Source of the DNA: an uncultured Gammaproteobacteria bacterium
Lineage (GTDB): Bacteria; Patescibacteriota; Patescibacteriia; Patescibacteriales; UBA12465
Length of the DNA stretch: 64,000 nt
Reading direction: 5' to 3'
NCBI GenBank assembly: GCA_964616855.1
Contig: CAZTUJ010000001.1
Coordinates: 256,301-320,300 of the forward strand
Part shown: in pieces, positions 63,818 to 64,000 of the stretch
How the letters are laid out: each line of letters opens with the position of its first letter
Numbering within the stretch: position 1 is the first letter of the stretch
The notes under the pieces: generated by a model
The model's input: only the letters and a program-made list of their open reading frames with translations
The model's database searches: none
Told to the model about the DNA's origin: nothing
Position numbers and translations under genes: made by a program

Positions 63818-64000
63818 ATGTCTTCAAACAAAATTATTTACTGGCGCCCGGACTTGGCAAAAAATGAAAAAAGCGAACAATTCGCTAATGTCCACCTGAT
63901 ACAGCGCAATATGGGCAGTATCACTGATTTTCAAAAAATGGCGGATGAAATCCGCGCTACCTTCCCGCAGGCTGATTATGGAAGCATTTGTGCCAGCACG
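63818..64000 (+). CDS. Hypothetical protein, 5' fragment (runs off the window)
   Basis: ATG 63818 then an open frame to the window end (MSSNKIIYWRPDLAKNEKSEQF...). Translated by hand. Confidence 0.45.
   Translation, partial: MSSNKIIYWRPDLAKNEKSEQFANVHLIQRNMGSITDFQKMADEIRATFPQADYGSICAST

Noticed and set aside
44708-64000. Integrase, transposase, att direct repeat, CRISPR array or known defence genes in the tRNA-flanked accessory region
   Set aside because: No ORF shows tyrosine or serine recombinase, DDE or Cas motifs. No repeat-spacer periodicity was seen, and I found no second copy of the tRNA 3' end. Mobility and defence roles therefore remain unsupported.

Overview
Gene-dense, almost entirely + strand bacterial chromosome segment. 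It looks like a Candidate Phyla Radiation (Patescibacteria) genome: there is no rpmD (L30) between rpsE and rplO, many ribosomal and transcription proteins carry low-complexity tails, AlaRS and RpoA are trimmed, and a ComEC channel is present. This placement is an inference from the sequence only. RF2 with SPF and GGQ motifs is present and TGA is used as a stop codon, so the standard bacterial code applies. Positions 1-44.5 kb are core: an ABC exporter, murB, alaS, infA-rpmJ-rpsM-rpsK-rpsD-rpoA-rplQ, rplM-rpsI, prfB, comEC, rpmB (-), an S2P protease, the str operon (rpsL-rpsG-fusA-[108-aa ORF]-tuf), the S10/spc operons through secY, map, ruvX, recO, aspS, asnS, scpAB, a D,D-carboxypeptidase, dnaG and rpoD. 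A tRNA-Asn(GTT) at 44633-44707 marks a switch to an accessory-looking, patchily more AT-rich region (44.7-64 kb). In that region the units mostly have their own near-consensus promoters and/or hairpin terminators. It holds hypotheticals, an archaeal-type ValRS, an ANT-like nucleotidyltransferase/alpha-beta-hydrolase fusion with a radical SAM-SPASM enzyme, a convergent truncated MetRS-like class I aaRS paralog with a degenerate HIGH motif, and a DMT transporter. The best candidate for an undescribed system is an about 6-kb operon plus a neighbouring gene encoding three diversified phosphohistidine swivel-domain proteins. A fourth copy lies at 43468-44508. All lack any recognisable ATP-grasp or PEP-binding domain, and they are interleaved with an isochorismatase-family hydrolase and a PP2C-like phosphatase. 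No CRISPR array, rRNA, transposase or integrase was seen. All protein calls rest on motif recognition and synteny by eye; no database search was run.
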